DNA of 48,682 nt from Desulfobacterales bacterium (GTDB taxonomy: Bacteria; Desulfobacterota; Desulfobacteria; Desulfobacterales; JAOZSB01), in the NCBI GenBank assembly GCA_029939895.1, contig JAOZSB010000002.1, positions 1-48,682 of the forward strand. Reading direction: 5' to 3'. The notes beneath the pieces are model-generated. The model worked only from the letters and a program-made list of their open reading frames with translations, was not told where the DNA came from and did not search any database. Positions within the stretch are counted from its first letter, which is position 1; the number at the start of each line of letters is the position of its first letter. Position numbers and translations under genes: made by a program. Of the stretch, positions 29,081 through 37,869 are shown piece after piece.

Positions 29081-30163
29081 TTAATTTTCTTCCCAGTATA
29101 ACACCCTGCAACCAGTGACTTCAGCAGGCCCGCTTGTGGAGTCTTCTGCCGCAACCCTTTGCACCACGGCAGTAACCGTAAGCTTGATACCATCAAGCTC
29201 TGCTTCACACCTGATTCTGAAAAAAGCACTTTTTATTGCTATTAAAGTTGCACCAATGGTTGTCTGACCCAGTCCGGGAACCTTTTTATACCAGTCAGCC
29301 GTTGAAAAAACATCCGCGGTTTCATTTTCAATTGCCTCGGTTCTGAATTCAAAAATTTCTTCTGCAAGATCCTCCATCCCAAGAGGCATCATGGCCTTCA
29401 ATACACCCAGGGATACAGTATTAATATTTATCCGCCCATCATAAACCGCACCTGCCTGAGAATTCAATGCACCAAAGGGTGTAACAAACTGATCAAAACC
29501 TGATGTATTCTCATCACCATAAAAGAACTTTGGGGTTATTCCTTTAACAAGAAGTAATTCTCCCGGCAGAACAATCGGTCTGTCAGCACAGGAATATGGG
29601 GGATCAAGCCCCTGGTAGTATCCTGTTTCTGCTCCTGAAAGGCCTGATATGGCCTCCCCATCATTGGAATCCATCCAGTCTTTAAGGGAATTGACTATGC
29701 CGGGGGGTGATGTGTCTTCATCAACCTCCTGCCCTGCAAGCATTTCCCGCAGCAGGTTTTCAAGCACGGCCCGCTGGGGTTCGTTAAATTTTTGCATTTC
29801 TGGATATTTAACCAAAGAGTTTACTTGAAGCCTTGAAAGCTCGTCGGTTATGGTAAGCTTGATTGACCCGTCTTCAAAGGATGCTAGGGCAAGTGCTTCG
29901 TTAACTGCTGTTGGGTCTGCCCATGCATCCAGGAGAGAGTCATACTCATTATCAAGTGCATCCTTGAGCAGGAGCGCCTTGGCAACATCAATGCCAGAGG
30001 AGGCCATGGCAGCAAGAACAAGGCGATCCCTGGCTGTTGCAGTCGAGTCCAGGGTGTTCCTTATTTTTCTGTTGAGGACCACGGATGCCGCAAGCATGAC
30101 CGATGTCGCAGCCAGCGCCATTAGAATAGCAACCCCCCTTTTATTAAGCCTCAATATCTGCAT
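29081..30163 (-). CDS. gspK: T2SS minor pseudopilin GspK
   Basis: RGVAILMALAATSVMLAASV N-terminus, and a T2SSK domain with WMDSNDGEAISGLSGAETGYYQGLDPPYSCADRPIVLPGELLLVKGIT. The start is set at ATG 30163 (preceded by aagggagaa); the tracked start at 30268 would overlap gspJ by 59 nt. Confidence 0.8.
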   Translation of the reverse strand: MQILRLNKRGVAILMALAATSVMLAASVVLNRKIRNTLDSTATARDRLVLAAMASSGIDVAKALLLKDALDNEYDSLLDAWADPTAVNEALALASFEDGSIKLTITDELSRLQVNSLVKYPEMQKFNEPQRAVLENLLREMLAGQEVDEDTSPPGIVNSLKDWMDSNDGEAISGLSGAETGYYQGLDPPYSCADRPIVLPGELLLVKGITPKFFYGDENTSGFDQFVTPFGALNSQAGAVYDGRININTVSLGVLKAMMPLGMEDLAEEIFEFRTEAIENETADVFSTADWYKKVPGLGQTTIGATLIAIKSAFFRIRCEAELDGIKLTVTAVVQRVAAEDSTSGPAEVTGCRVLYWEEN

Positions 30164-30209
30164 TTGCCGGCTTTTTCTCCCTTTGTCTATTTGCTGATTT
30201 TTTTTGTAA

Positions 30210-30941
30210 TCAGCTATTTGTCTTCTCTGTTTTTTCTCTGAAAACCGGAATTGATGCAGTTGTTTCAAAAACTAATGCATCATCGGGTTCCTCCGGGTCA
30301 AGGACAAGTTCAAGGCGAATCTTGACTGCCCTTGGTGTTGCATACTCGAACTCACTCGACTCAGAATCCCATGATTCTCTTGACCCGCTGTCATGGTCTG
30401 TAAATTCAAATTTTATGCTTCTAATATTTTCGCATAGCCTGGGGTCTGTTTTCTTTCTTTTAAAAGGCTCCCCAGGCATCGGTGTGTCTGATCTTTTAAG
30501 AACAAATGTCCCGTCTTCCATTTCATCGAGATAGTATACTATCCTGGCAATCTTGTTCATTACGGCGCTTTGACTGCCAGACCCATTACTCTGTGCAGCA
30601 TGACCAAAGTTAATGTGGGCAAGGGATGCGAACCTTATGGTTTGTGAATCAATGCTGTGGCTGGGACCTGTTTTTGCTTCAAACCTGAACATGTCCTTAT
30701 CTTCGTCAATCAATGCATCACTGGGAGAGTATGCCGGAGGCATTGCAACGCATATGGATTTCAAGTCCCTCGACATCCTGGAAAAGCAGCTCTTTGCGGC
30801 CCCATAATTATCTACACCCCTCTCCAGCCTGGCTGTATTGGCAAACAGCGCACCATATGTGCTGAAAAGCGTAGTCGCAAGGATGCCGAAAATCATAATC
30901 GCCACCATTACTTCTATGAGTGTAAATCCGTTATTTTTCAT
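30210..30941 (-). CDS. gspJ: T2SS minor pseudopilin, GspJ-like
   Basis: Prepilin leader and methylation motif MKNNG/FTLIEVMVAIMIFGIL. About 240 aa. Position between gspI and gspK. The ATG is at 30941; the tracked start at 30950 is TTG. Confidence 0.65.
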   Translation of the reverse strand: MKNNGFTLIEVMVAIMIFGILATTLFSTYGALFANTARLERGVDNYGAAKSCFSRMSRDLKSICVAMPPAYSPSDALIDEDKDMFRFEAKTGPSHSIDSQTIRFASLAHINFGHAAQSNGSGSQSAVMNKIARIVYYLDEMEDGTFVLKRSDTPMPGEPFKRKKTDPRLCENIRSIKFEFTDHDSGSRESWDSESSEFEYATPRAVKIRLELVLDPEEPDDALVFETTASIPVFREKTEKTNS

Positions 30942-30970
30942 TATAGTCAATCACATACCTTATTATATAA

Positions 30971-31366
30971 TTATCTTGAACCAAGCAGCCTGTAGGCCCT
31001 GGTTTCCCAGCTCATTTCTCCCTGGTTTCTTGTAATTTTAATATCAATTCGGGTAAGCGCGCCAGGAATGCCCTTGAAGGCTTCTTCTCCAACAGTTGCT
31101 GTCGTGACTGCCCAGGAATAACCTGGAAAATCATTCCCAAAATCGCCGGATTCAGAAATTGCCTGGTCTGAGGATTTTGTCTCGAATTCTGTCAGTTTTT
31201 TCCCTGCCAGCATGGGCGCAAGCGTGTGAAACCTCGACATGTCTGCCATTGAAAGGGTTTGAGCGTAGAGCTTGAACACAGCACCTATCATAATCGCCAC
31301 AATGGAGAGTGCCACAAGGATTTCCAGGAGTGTGAAGCCGTGTTGAGAGGTTTTACGATTAAACAT
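30971..31366 (-). CDS. gspI: T2SS minor pseudopilin, GspI-like
   Basis: MFNRKTSQHG/FTLLEILVALSIVAI prepilin motif. 131 aa. Gene order supports the call. Confidence 0.65.
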   Translation of the reverse strand: MFNRKTSQHGFTLLEILVALSIVAIMIGAVFKLYAQTLSMADMSRFHTLAPMLAGKKLTEFETKSSDQAISESGDFGNDFPGYSWAVTTATVGEEAFKGIPGALTRIDIKITRNQGEMSWETRAYRLLGSR

Positions 31367-31369
31367 GAC

Positions 31370-31903
31370 CTATTCCCCTTCCTGGTCAAGGGACTGGTAG
31401 GATTTAAAAACCTCCACCCGGTCTAAGAACGGCTCTATAATAAAGGTCATGTGTTCATCATCATCGGCTGCAATGTGGATGGCCGCCATGCTTGACCACC
31501 CTTCTCTGTTAAAATGAATTTTAGCCCTGCCGGATGTGACTATATTATCATCAGCAAACTCAATATCGGTTATGGAAATCCCATCGGAAAGCTCATAAGC
31601 ATCGGCTGATACGTCTTCTTCCTTTGTTTCATCTTGTGTGCTGGATTTTTTGCCCGGAGGTTTTTCTTCTTCAATCCATATCCTGTTCCCGGATACATCA
31701 AAAATCAGGTTATAGTTTGTCCGTTCCTTGACAGCCCTGTTTTTAAGGTGGGCCACTGTACCCATAATTTTTGCGGATGTTCGGCGTATTCCGTCCGATG
31801 TCATTGCAGCCTGAAACCTGGGCGCAGAAATTCCTGCAAGCAATCCGATCAGACTGATGACCACGATAAGCTCAATAAGCGTAAAACCTCTATTTGTGGA
31901 CAT
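31370..31903 (-). CDS. gspH: T2SS minor pseudopilin, GspH-like
   Basis: MSTNRG/FTLIELIVVISLIGLLAG prepilin motif. About 177 aa. The ATG is at 31903; the tracked start at 31912 is TTG. Confidence 0.65.
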   Translation of the reverse strand: MSTNRGFTLIELIVVISLIGLLAGISAPRFQAAMTSDGIRRTSAKIMGTVAHLKNRAVKERTNYNLIFDVSGNRIWIEEEKPPGKKSSTQDETKEEDVSADAYELSDGISITDIEFADDNIVTSGRAKIHFNREGWSSMAAIHIAADDDEHMTFIIEPFLDRVEVFKSYQSLDQEGE

Positions 31904-32020
31904 TGTCTTCAATGGCGTGATTTATCCTGATGTCCATTCATAGATTTGGTTGCATATTCATTTTACATAACCCTGACGGCTTTATTTTATTTCTGCGTAA
32001 CCCTGTGGGACAATATCTCA

Positions 32021-32131
32021 AATTTTAAACGCAGACATATAGGTGATATTTCGGAGTTTAAAATTTTTTTATCCAACGCAGAAATTGGACAAATTAGCCA
32101 TTTCTGAATGATGTTACTCCATGTCCCAGTT
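32021..32131 (-). repeat. Repeat unit copy A (111 nt), contains a pseudo 3' end of gspG
   Basis: It differs from copy C (32263..32373) at 3 of 111 positions by direct comparison. Its minus-strand start aactgggacatggagtaa duplicates the last 5 codons and stop of gspG. Confidence 0.9.
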
Positions 32132-32196
32132 AAGTGATATTTCGGAGTTTAAAATTTTTTTAACCAACGCAGAAATTGGACAAATTAGCCATTTCT
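32132..32196 (-). repeat. Repeat unit copy B (partial, unit positions ~21-85)
   Basis: aagtgatatttcggagtttaaaatttttttaaccaacgcagaaattggacaaattagccatttct abuts copy A directly and then diverges at 32197. Confidence 0.9.
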
Positions 32197-32262
32197 TTGT
32201 AATCCCACCTCACAACATCTTTCAGAAATGAGATAATTTGTTCAAGTTCAAGGCGGATAAAA

Positions 32263-32373
32263 AATTTTAAACGCAGACATATAAGTGATATTTCGGAGTT
32301 TAAAATTTTTTTAACCAACGCAGAAATTGGGCAAATTAGCCATTTCTGAATGATGTTACTCCATGTCCCAGTT
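32263..32373 (-). repeat. Repeat unit copy C (111 nt), overlaps the genuine 3' end of gspG
   Basis: Same unit as copy A. Positions 32356-32373 are the real gspG C-terminal codons (NWDME, stop). Confidence 0.9.
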
Positions 32374-32802
32374 GCCGAGGTCCTGGTCATAGTCCTCGCC
32401 ACCCTCGACTCCGTCGGAACCATAGGAATAAATGTCGAAATCGCCATGAACTCCAGGACATAAATAAACAAACTCCATGCCCCAGGGATCAGTCGGTACC
32501 TTTGCCTTGTCCAGATAGCCGCCTTTTTTCCAATTCTTTGGAAGCCTGCCGGATTCAGGTTTTATAACAAGAGCCTGAAGTCCCTGCTCCGTGGTTGGAT
32601 AGAAGCCATTATCGAGCTTGAACATCTTTAACGCAGTTTCAATGCCTTCCATCTGCGCCTTTGCCTGGGAGACCTTTGCATCATCTGCTCTGCCGATTAC
32701 CTTTGGTGCAATATAAGCAGCAAGCACACCGATTATTATAATAACAACCATAATCTCTATCAAAGTAAAACCCTTTTTTGATCTCAATGCGTCAAGTGTC
32801 AT
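32356..32802 (-). CDS. gspG: T2SS major pseudopilin GspG
   Basis: KKG/FTLIEIMVVIIIIGVLAAYIAPKV, QAKAQMEGIETALKMFKLDNGFYPTTEQGLQALV, DPWGMEFVYLCPGVHGDFDIYSYGSDGVEGGE. This is a textbook GspG pattern. 148 aa. Confidence 0.92.
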   Translation of the reverse strand: MTLDALRSKKGFTLIEIMVVIIIIGVLAAYIAPKVIGRADDAKVSQAKAQMEGIETALKMFKLDNGFYPTTEQGLQALVIKPESGRLPKNWKKGGYLDKAKVPTDPWGMEFVYLCPGVHGDFDIYSYGSDGVEGGEDYDQDLGNWDME

Positions 32803-32853
32803 GTTTCCTCCATCCGTAGTAATATTAGTTCAACATGCAAGTCGTGAAATAAA

Positions 32854-34080
32854 TTATTGTACAAGCTGGTTCATATCAAAAATTGGCAGGCAGATCGAAA
32901 GTACAATAAACAATACAACCACTCCCATAATTAAAATCATAAGCGGCTCAAGCAACGACGTAAGTCCCAGCACCGTTGTTTCCACCTCTTTTTCATAAAC
33001 ATCTGCAATCCTGGTGAGCATATTTTCCAGCTCACCGCTCTGCTCTCCCACCTGTATCATCTGCACCGCAAGTGTGGGAAAACCCTTTACTTCTGAAAGG
33101 GAGGCGCTAAGGGCCTGCCCCTTGCCAACATCAACCGTGGCCTCTTCAATTGCATCGGCTATCAGCACATTGCCGACAATATTTTTTACCACACCCAAAG
33201 CCGGCATCATGGACACACCATTTTCAAGCAGCGAACCAAGGGTTCTTGTAAACCGTGCAGCAGCAAGCTTTTGCGTCATAGCGCCAAAGCCCGGACTGAA
33301 CAGCTTTATAGTATCTGCAATTATGCGGCCCTGCTCTGTCTTAAAAAACATTCTCCCGCCAACAACCCCGCTGCCCAGAAGCAGCACAAGAAGCCACCAC
33401 CAGCTCTTTAGAAAATCGCTGACAGTGATCAGGATTCGGGTGGGAAGGGGCAGAATCTGCTCCATATCCGTAAATATCGAAACAATACCAGGAACAATGT
33501 ATGTCATAAGCCCCAGTAGCACCGCCGCACCGACAAGTGCCATCAAAACCGGGTATGCAAGAGCAGCCTTGACCTTGGAGTTAAGCTCCTGTTGTTTTTC
33601 AGAAATATCCGCCAGCCTTTCCAGCACGATTTCCAAGGTTCCGGCAGTCTCACCAGCATTTACCATATTGATGTAAACAGGCGTAAAAACCGATGGAAAC
33701 TTGGACAAAGCCTCGGCAAAGCTCATGCCCTCGACTATGGAGTCCTTAACCTGTGAAATCACCTTCTTAAAGGCCGCAGATTTGAACTGTGGAATAAGGG
33801 TATCCAGGGCAGAAACCAGCGGGAACCCTGCGTTAATAAGGGTTGCCAGTTGCCGTGTCATCATGGTGATGTCCGAAGGCTTTACCTTTGTAAAAGACCC
33901 GGAAAAGGAAAATCCACTGGTCTTTTTTTCACTCGATGTTGACTGTGACTCTGCAATAGAAACGGGGAACATCCCGGACTGGCGCAGCTTTCCCCTGGCA
34001 GCAGTAGTGCTGTCGGCATCCATAATCCCAGAAACTTTTTTTCCCTTTGCATCAAGGGCACTGTATTCATAGACAGGCAT
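32854..34080 (-). CDS. gspF: T2SS inner-membrane platform protein GspF
   Basis: MPVYEYSALDAKGKKVSGIMDA N-terminus and two T2SSF repeats with three TM segments. 408 aa. Confidence 0.9.
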   Translation of the reverse strand: MPVYEYSALDAKGKKVSGIMDADSTTAARGKLRQSGMFPVSIAESQSTSSEKKTSGFSFSGSFTKVKPSDITMMTRQLATLINAGFPLVSALDTLIPQFKSAAFKKVISQVKDSIVEGMSFAEALSKFPSVFTPVYINMVNAGETAGTLEIVLERLADISEKQQELNSKVKAALAYPVLMALVGAAVLLGLMTYIVPGIVSIFTDMEQILPLPTRILITVSDFLKSWWWLLVLLLGSGVVGGRMFFKTEQGRIIADTIKLFSPGFGAMTQKLAAARFTRTLGSLLENGVSMMPALGVVKNIVGNVLIADAIEEATVDVGKGQALSASLSEVKGFPTLAVQMIQVGEQSGELENMLTRIADVYEKEVETTVLGLTSLLEPLMILIMGVVVLFIVLSICLPIFDMNQLVQ

Positions 34081-34277
34081 GATAATATCATAATGGATTT
34101 ATAAGCGTTTGTAAACTATTTTTAATTGGTGGGATTTCGGGTTTTTAGTCCGCCTGCCCATAATAAGACAAAGGGCTTTGACTATCCCGCAGACCAGGTT
34201 TACTGTTGCCAGCCCTGGCCTGCAAGCTTGGTTTCAAATTATTTTATACAATCGTGAATATAATGACAGGTTCAACA

Positions 34278-34341
34278 TTTTATTCGCAGGACAAAAATTT
34301 TGATTTTAAAAAAACCCCCGGTTCAGCCGTGCAGTGTTGCG
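34278..34341 (-). repeat. Degenerate copy (S2) of the sdhB 3' end
   Basis: It aligns by eye to 34928..34990 at roughly 80-85% with two 1-nt indels (ttttattcg, gacaaaaa, tttgattt, aaaaaa, cccggtt, agccgtgca shared). In the sdhB-equivalent frame it has a premature stop and a frameshift. Confidence 0.8.
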
Positions 34342-34398
34342 ACTCATTTTGCGGCTTATGGCTTGCTCTGGTTATTCTTTTTTTTCCTTAAACCACTT

Positions 34399-34887
34399 TT
34401 ATCTTATCTTCCAAAAAATTTTTCTAATATTTGTGAATCCCAAATAGATACAGCTCAAGACAATACTTATTACCATTATCCGATTATATCCATCATACTC
34501 CTGTTCCTCGGCATCTTCAGGATTGTATGCGGACCGGGCATATACGCGCCATTCAGGATTATCTTCAACAAGTTCATCTTTGTTAAAAGAAAGCGTATAT
34601 TCCCTGCTCAAAATTATATATTCCCAGATTTCCACAGGCCCACGGGGTATCAGTTTGTCTTCCTCATAAACAGATGAAGGCTGGCCCAGCATGCGCATAA
34701 CATCATCATCAGTATCGCCTGTTGAGACCTGGTTGAATTTGTCTTCAAAGGTATTGTAAATCGGTGAAAGTTCTTCTTCTTTTTTACTTTGTATACTGCC
34801 CATTAAAGTGGCGATCATTATAGACAGCAGGATAATAACCGCATAGGGCAATATTTTCTCATATTGAATTTTTCTGGATTTCTCCAT
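34399..34887 (-). CDS. Hypothetical membrane-anchored protein (162 aa; N- and C-terminal TM helices, acidic central domain)
   Basis: The ATG at 34887 is preceded by ctggagcctg (GGAG, 6-nt spacing). The sequence starts MEKSRKIQYEKILPYAVIILLSIMIATLMGSI and ends IMVISIVLSCIYLGF. It is the only non-overlapping part of tracked ORF 34399..35343. No family recognised. Confidence 0.6.
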   Translation of the reverse strand: MEKSRKIQYEKILPYAVIILLSIMIATLMGSIQSKKEEELSPIYNTFEDKFNQVSTGDTDDDVMRMLGQPSSVYEEDKLIPRGPVEIWEYIILSREYTLSFNKDELVEDNPEWRVYARSAYNPEDAEEQEYDGYNRIMVISIVLSCIYLGFTNIRKIFWKIR

Positions 34888-34927
34888 CAGGCTCCAGTAA
34901 ACTGACGTGGTCAGACCAACCTCTGAG

Positions 34928-34990
34928 TTTTTATTCGTCAGACAAAAACTTTGATTTAAAAAACTCCCGGTTAAGCCGTGCAATATTGGT
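34928..34990 (-). repeat. Copy S1 of the ~63-nt direct repeat (functional 3' end of sdhB plus 3 nt downstream)
   Basis: See S2. This copy encodes ...[20 protein letters not shown] and the stop. Confidence 0.8.
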
Positions 34991-35692
34991 GATTGAAATC
35001 TCCTTTGGGCATTCAGCTTCGCATTCTGCCTCGTTTCCGCAGTTGCCAAAGCCAAGCTCATCCATTTTTTTGACCATGCTTGCAGCCCGTTTTGCGGATT
35101 CCGGCTTGCCCTGGGGCAGTAATGCAAGGTGGGAAATTTTCGCAGCAGTAAAAAGCATTGCAGATGCATTTGGACATGCAGCAACGCAGGCTCCGCACCC
35201 AATGCAGGCGGCGGATTCAAATGCTTCATCAGCAGCGTCCTGCGGTACGAGTATGGCGTTGGCATCTGCTGCCCCGCCAGTGTTTGCAGAGATGTAACCG
35301 CCTGCCATGATAATTTCGTCAAGGGAGCTTCTGTCCACAGCAAGATCCTTTAATACTGTAAAGGGTCTGGCCCTGAAAGGCTCAACAACTATGGTTTCGC
35401 CATCGTTGAAGGTTCGCATGTGGAGTTGGCACAGGGTTGTGCCTTTGTTTGGGCCGTGGGCGCGCCCGTTTACGACGGTCCCACACATTCCGCATATTCC
35501 TTCCCGGCAGTCATGGTCAAAGGCAACTGGGTCTGCTCCCTTTGTTGTAAGCTCTTCGTTAAGCACATCAAGCATCTCCAGAAACGACATATCCTTTGAA
35601 ATATCGGTAAGCTGGTGGGTTTCGAATTTGCCCTTGTCAGAAGAATTTGCCTGCCGCCAGACAATGAGTGTTACGCTTATATTTTTTGTCAC
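34931..35692 (-). CDS. sdhB: Succinate dehydrogenase / fumarate reductase iron-sulfur subunit
   Basis: 2Fe-2S motif [10 protein letters not shown] and 4Fe-4S/3Fe-4S motifs [12 protein letters not shown] and [15 protein letters not shown]. Its start overlaps the sdhA stop by 4 nt (ATGA). Confidence 0.9.
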   Translation of the reverse strand: MTKNISVTLIVWRQANSSDKGKFETHQLTDISKDMSFLEMLDVLNEELTTKGADPVAFDHDCREGICGMCGTVVNGRAHGPNKGTTLCQLHMRTFNDGETIVVEPFRARPFTVLKDLAVDRSSLDEIIMAGGYISANTGGAADANAILVPQDAADEAFESAACIGCGACVAACPNASAMLFTAAKISHLALLPQGKPESAKRAASMVKKMDELGFGNCGNEAECEAECPKEISITNIARLNREFFKSKFLSDE

Positions 35693-37602
35693 TTGTAGCT
35701 CCTCTGTGTCAATTCCACGTTTTCAAAAACAAGGGGTTCTTTGTTCAGCTCTGGCTCCTTATCCTTTCCTTTATACTCCCATGCTGAAACAAAGCAGAAA
35801 TCTTTATCGTTTCTAAGTGCCTCGTTGTCGTCGGTCTGGAAATCCTCGTTAAAGTGGCATCCGCATGATTCCTGTCTTGAAAGCGCATCCTTAACCATCA
35901 GTTCTCCAAGCTCCATAAAGTCTGCAACCCTGCCGGCCCTCTCCAGGCTTTGGTTGAACTCAGCGCCTGTACCCGGAGTTTTAACGTTTTGCCAGAACTC
36001 TTCCCTAAGAGAACTGATCTGCCCCAGAGCTTTTTCCAGGTCAGAATTTTTTCTGGACATGCCGCAGTTTTCCCACATTACGTTGCCAAGCTCCCTGTGG
36101 AAATCATCCACCGTGCGCTTTCCATTTACATTAAGCAGCTTTTGAATTTTTTCTTTGGCCTGCTTTGCAGCATCAGAAAATTCCGCCTGTTCAGCCGACA
36201 CATCATCAAAGGAGTTTTCAGCCAGATAACCGCCCATGGTATAAGGGATTATAAAGTATCCATCGGCAAGCCCCTGCATCAATGCGCTGGCTCCGAGGCG
36301 ATTGGCTCCGTGGTCGGAAAAATTCGCTTCCCCAAGAACAAAAAGCCCGTCAACCGTGGACATAAGGTTGTAGTCCACCCAGAGACCGCCCATTGTATAA
36401 TGAACCGCAGGATATATCATCATCGGGTTTTCATAGGGGTTGTCGCCTGTAATTTTGTCGTACATGGCAAACAGGTTGCCATATTTCTTTTCAATGGCAG
36501 CGTGACCGTCCCGGTTGATTGCATTTGCAAAATCAAGGTAAACCGCAAACCCGGTCTCCCCCACACCCTTGTCCAGCCCGCACTGATCCTTGGCGTTTCT
36601 GGATGCAACATCCCTGGGGACAAGGTTTCCAAAGCTTGGATACCTGCGTTCCAGGTAGTAGTCCCGTTCGCTTTCAGGTATCTGGGAAGGCGGCCTGCTG
36701 TCTCCGGGGTTTTTGGGAACCCACACCCGCCCGTCATTACGCAGCGACTCGCTCATGAGCGTCAGCTTTGACTGATACTTGCCATGAACCGGGATGCAGG
36801 TTGGATGAATTTGTGTAAAGCAGGGATTGGCAAAAAAAGCACCCTTTTTAAAACACTTGTAGGAAGCAGAAACATTAGAGGCCATTGCGTTTGTAGACAG
36901 AAAAAACAGGTTGCCATACCCGCCAGTGCATAGAACAACCGCATGTGCAGAGTGTGACTCAATTTTGCCATCCACAAGGTTCCTGGTCACAATGCCTCTG
37001 GCCCTGCCCTTTACCATCACAAGGTCGAGCATTTCCCGCCGTGGCAGAAGCTCCACCTTGCCTGCTGAAACCTGCCGCATAAGTGCGCTGTACGCACCTA
37101 TCAGCAACTGTTGACCAGTCTGCCCCCTTGCATAAAAGGTTCTGGAAACCTGCGCCCCGCCGAAACTTCTGTTGGCAAGCAGTCCGCCATAATCCCTGGC
37201 AAAGGGAACCCCCTGGGCAACGCACTGATCAATTATTGAGCCGCTAACCTGGGCAAGCCGAAAAACATTCGCCTCCCTTGCCCGGAAATCCCCGCCCTTA
37301 ATTGTATCGTAAAACAACCGCCGTACGCTGTCGCCGTCGTTTGAGTAGTTTTTTGAAGCGTTAATACCGCCCTGGGCAGCAATGCTGTGCGCCCGCCTGG
37401 GGCTGTCCTGAATACAAAAGGTTTTCACGTTGTAGCCAAGCTCCGCAAGAGATGCAGAAGCTGATGCACCTGCAAGCCCGGTTCCCACTACGATTATGTC
37501 GAACTTTCTTTTATTGGCTGGATTGACCAGCTTTAAATCAAAACGGGCCTTATCCCACTTTTCATGCAATGGCCCGGATGGCGTTTTTGAGTCAAGATGC
37601 AT
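35689..37602 (-). CDS. sdhA: Succinate dehydrogenase / fumarate reductase flavoprotein subunit (long, ~640-aa type)
   Basis: FAD motif [32 protein letters not shown] (covalent FAD His region), [10 protein letters not shown] and [10 protein letters not shown]. Confidence 0.92.
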   Translation of the reverse strand: MHLDSKTPSGPLHEKWDKARFDLKLVNPANKRKFDIIVVGTGLAGASASASLAELGYNVKTFCIQDSPRRAHSIAAQGGINASKNYSNDGDSVRRLFYDTIKGGDFRAREANVFRLAQVSGSIIDQCVAQGVPFARDYGGLLANRSFGGAQVSRTFYARGQTGQQLLIGAYSALMRQVSAGKVELLPRREMLDLVMVKGRARGIVTRNLVDGKIESHSAHAVVLCTGGYGNLFFLSTNAMASNVSASYKCFKKGAFFANPCFTQIHPTCIPVHGKYQSKLTLMSESLRNDGRVWVPKNPGDSRPPSQIPESERDYYLERRYPSFGNLVPRDVASRNAKDQCGLDKGVGETGFAVYLDFANAINRDGHAAIEKKYGNLFAMYDKITGDNPYENPMMIYPAVHYTMGGLWVDYNLMSTVDGLFVLGEANFSDHGANRLGASALMQGLADGYFIIPYTMGGYLAENSFDDVSAEQAEFSDAAKQAKEKIQKLLNVNGKRTVDDFHRELGNVMWENCGMSRKNSDLEKALGQISSLREEFWQNVKTPGTGAEFNQSLERAGRVADFMELGELMVKDALSRQESCGCHFNEDFQTDDNEALRNDKDFCFVSAWEYKGKDKEPELNKEPLVFENVELTQRSYK

Positions 37603-37666
37603 ATATTACTCCTAGTAACCTTAAATTAATCGATGTGCCTGAATGAAAACTGCCTTTCAATTAAAC

Positions 37667-37800
37667 CAGCCCTGTAAGGGCGTGATATAAACCGCTTAAT
37701 GTTTCATTATTGATTAACGATTTATTTTCAACTATCAAGCCTGTATTAAAAAAAATCGGATTGTTTCCTATTGTATTTATATTTCGCCCTTACAGGGCTG
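37667..37800. repeat. 16-nt perfect inverted repeat pair separated by 102 nt
   Basis: cagccctgtaagggcg (37667-37682) and cgcccttacagggctg (37785-37800). Each arm is itself a small hairpin (gccct-gta-agggc). It lies 65 nt upstream of the sdhA start. Confidence 0.85.
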
Positions 37801-37869
37801 TATATTCGGATTATGGATCATCCCCAGGGCTGAATGAATGCCGAGTTTTGATTCCCTGGAGGGAAATAG

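Noticed and set aside
32021-32373. Possible CRISPR array because of the closely spaced repeats
   Set aside because: The units are 111 nt and directly abutting (A/B) or separated by a single 66-nt segment. There is no 25-40 nt repeat/spacer periodicity and no cas genes. One copy overlaps a coding 3' end.
32021-32373. c-di-GMP riboswitch (GEMM-I/II) in the gspG-gspH repeat units, prompted by the acgcag words and the pilus/secretion context
   Set aside because: The units are very AT-rich. They lack the conserved G/C-rich GEMM cores (GGCAAACC ... GGGACGCAAAGCC type) and the tetraloop/receptor arrangement as I remember them.
32160-32471. 103-aa minus-strand ORF spanning the repeat array and the gspG 3' end
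   Set aside because: It runs through repeat copies in an arbitrary frame and overlaps gspG. It has no SD and a low-complexity translation.
34399-35343. 314-aa minus-strand ORF overlapping sdhB
   Set aside because: Its first 152 codons overlap sdhB in another frame and look like noise. Only the part from ATG 34887 (with a GGAG SD) is credible, and it is annotated separately.
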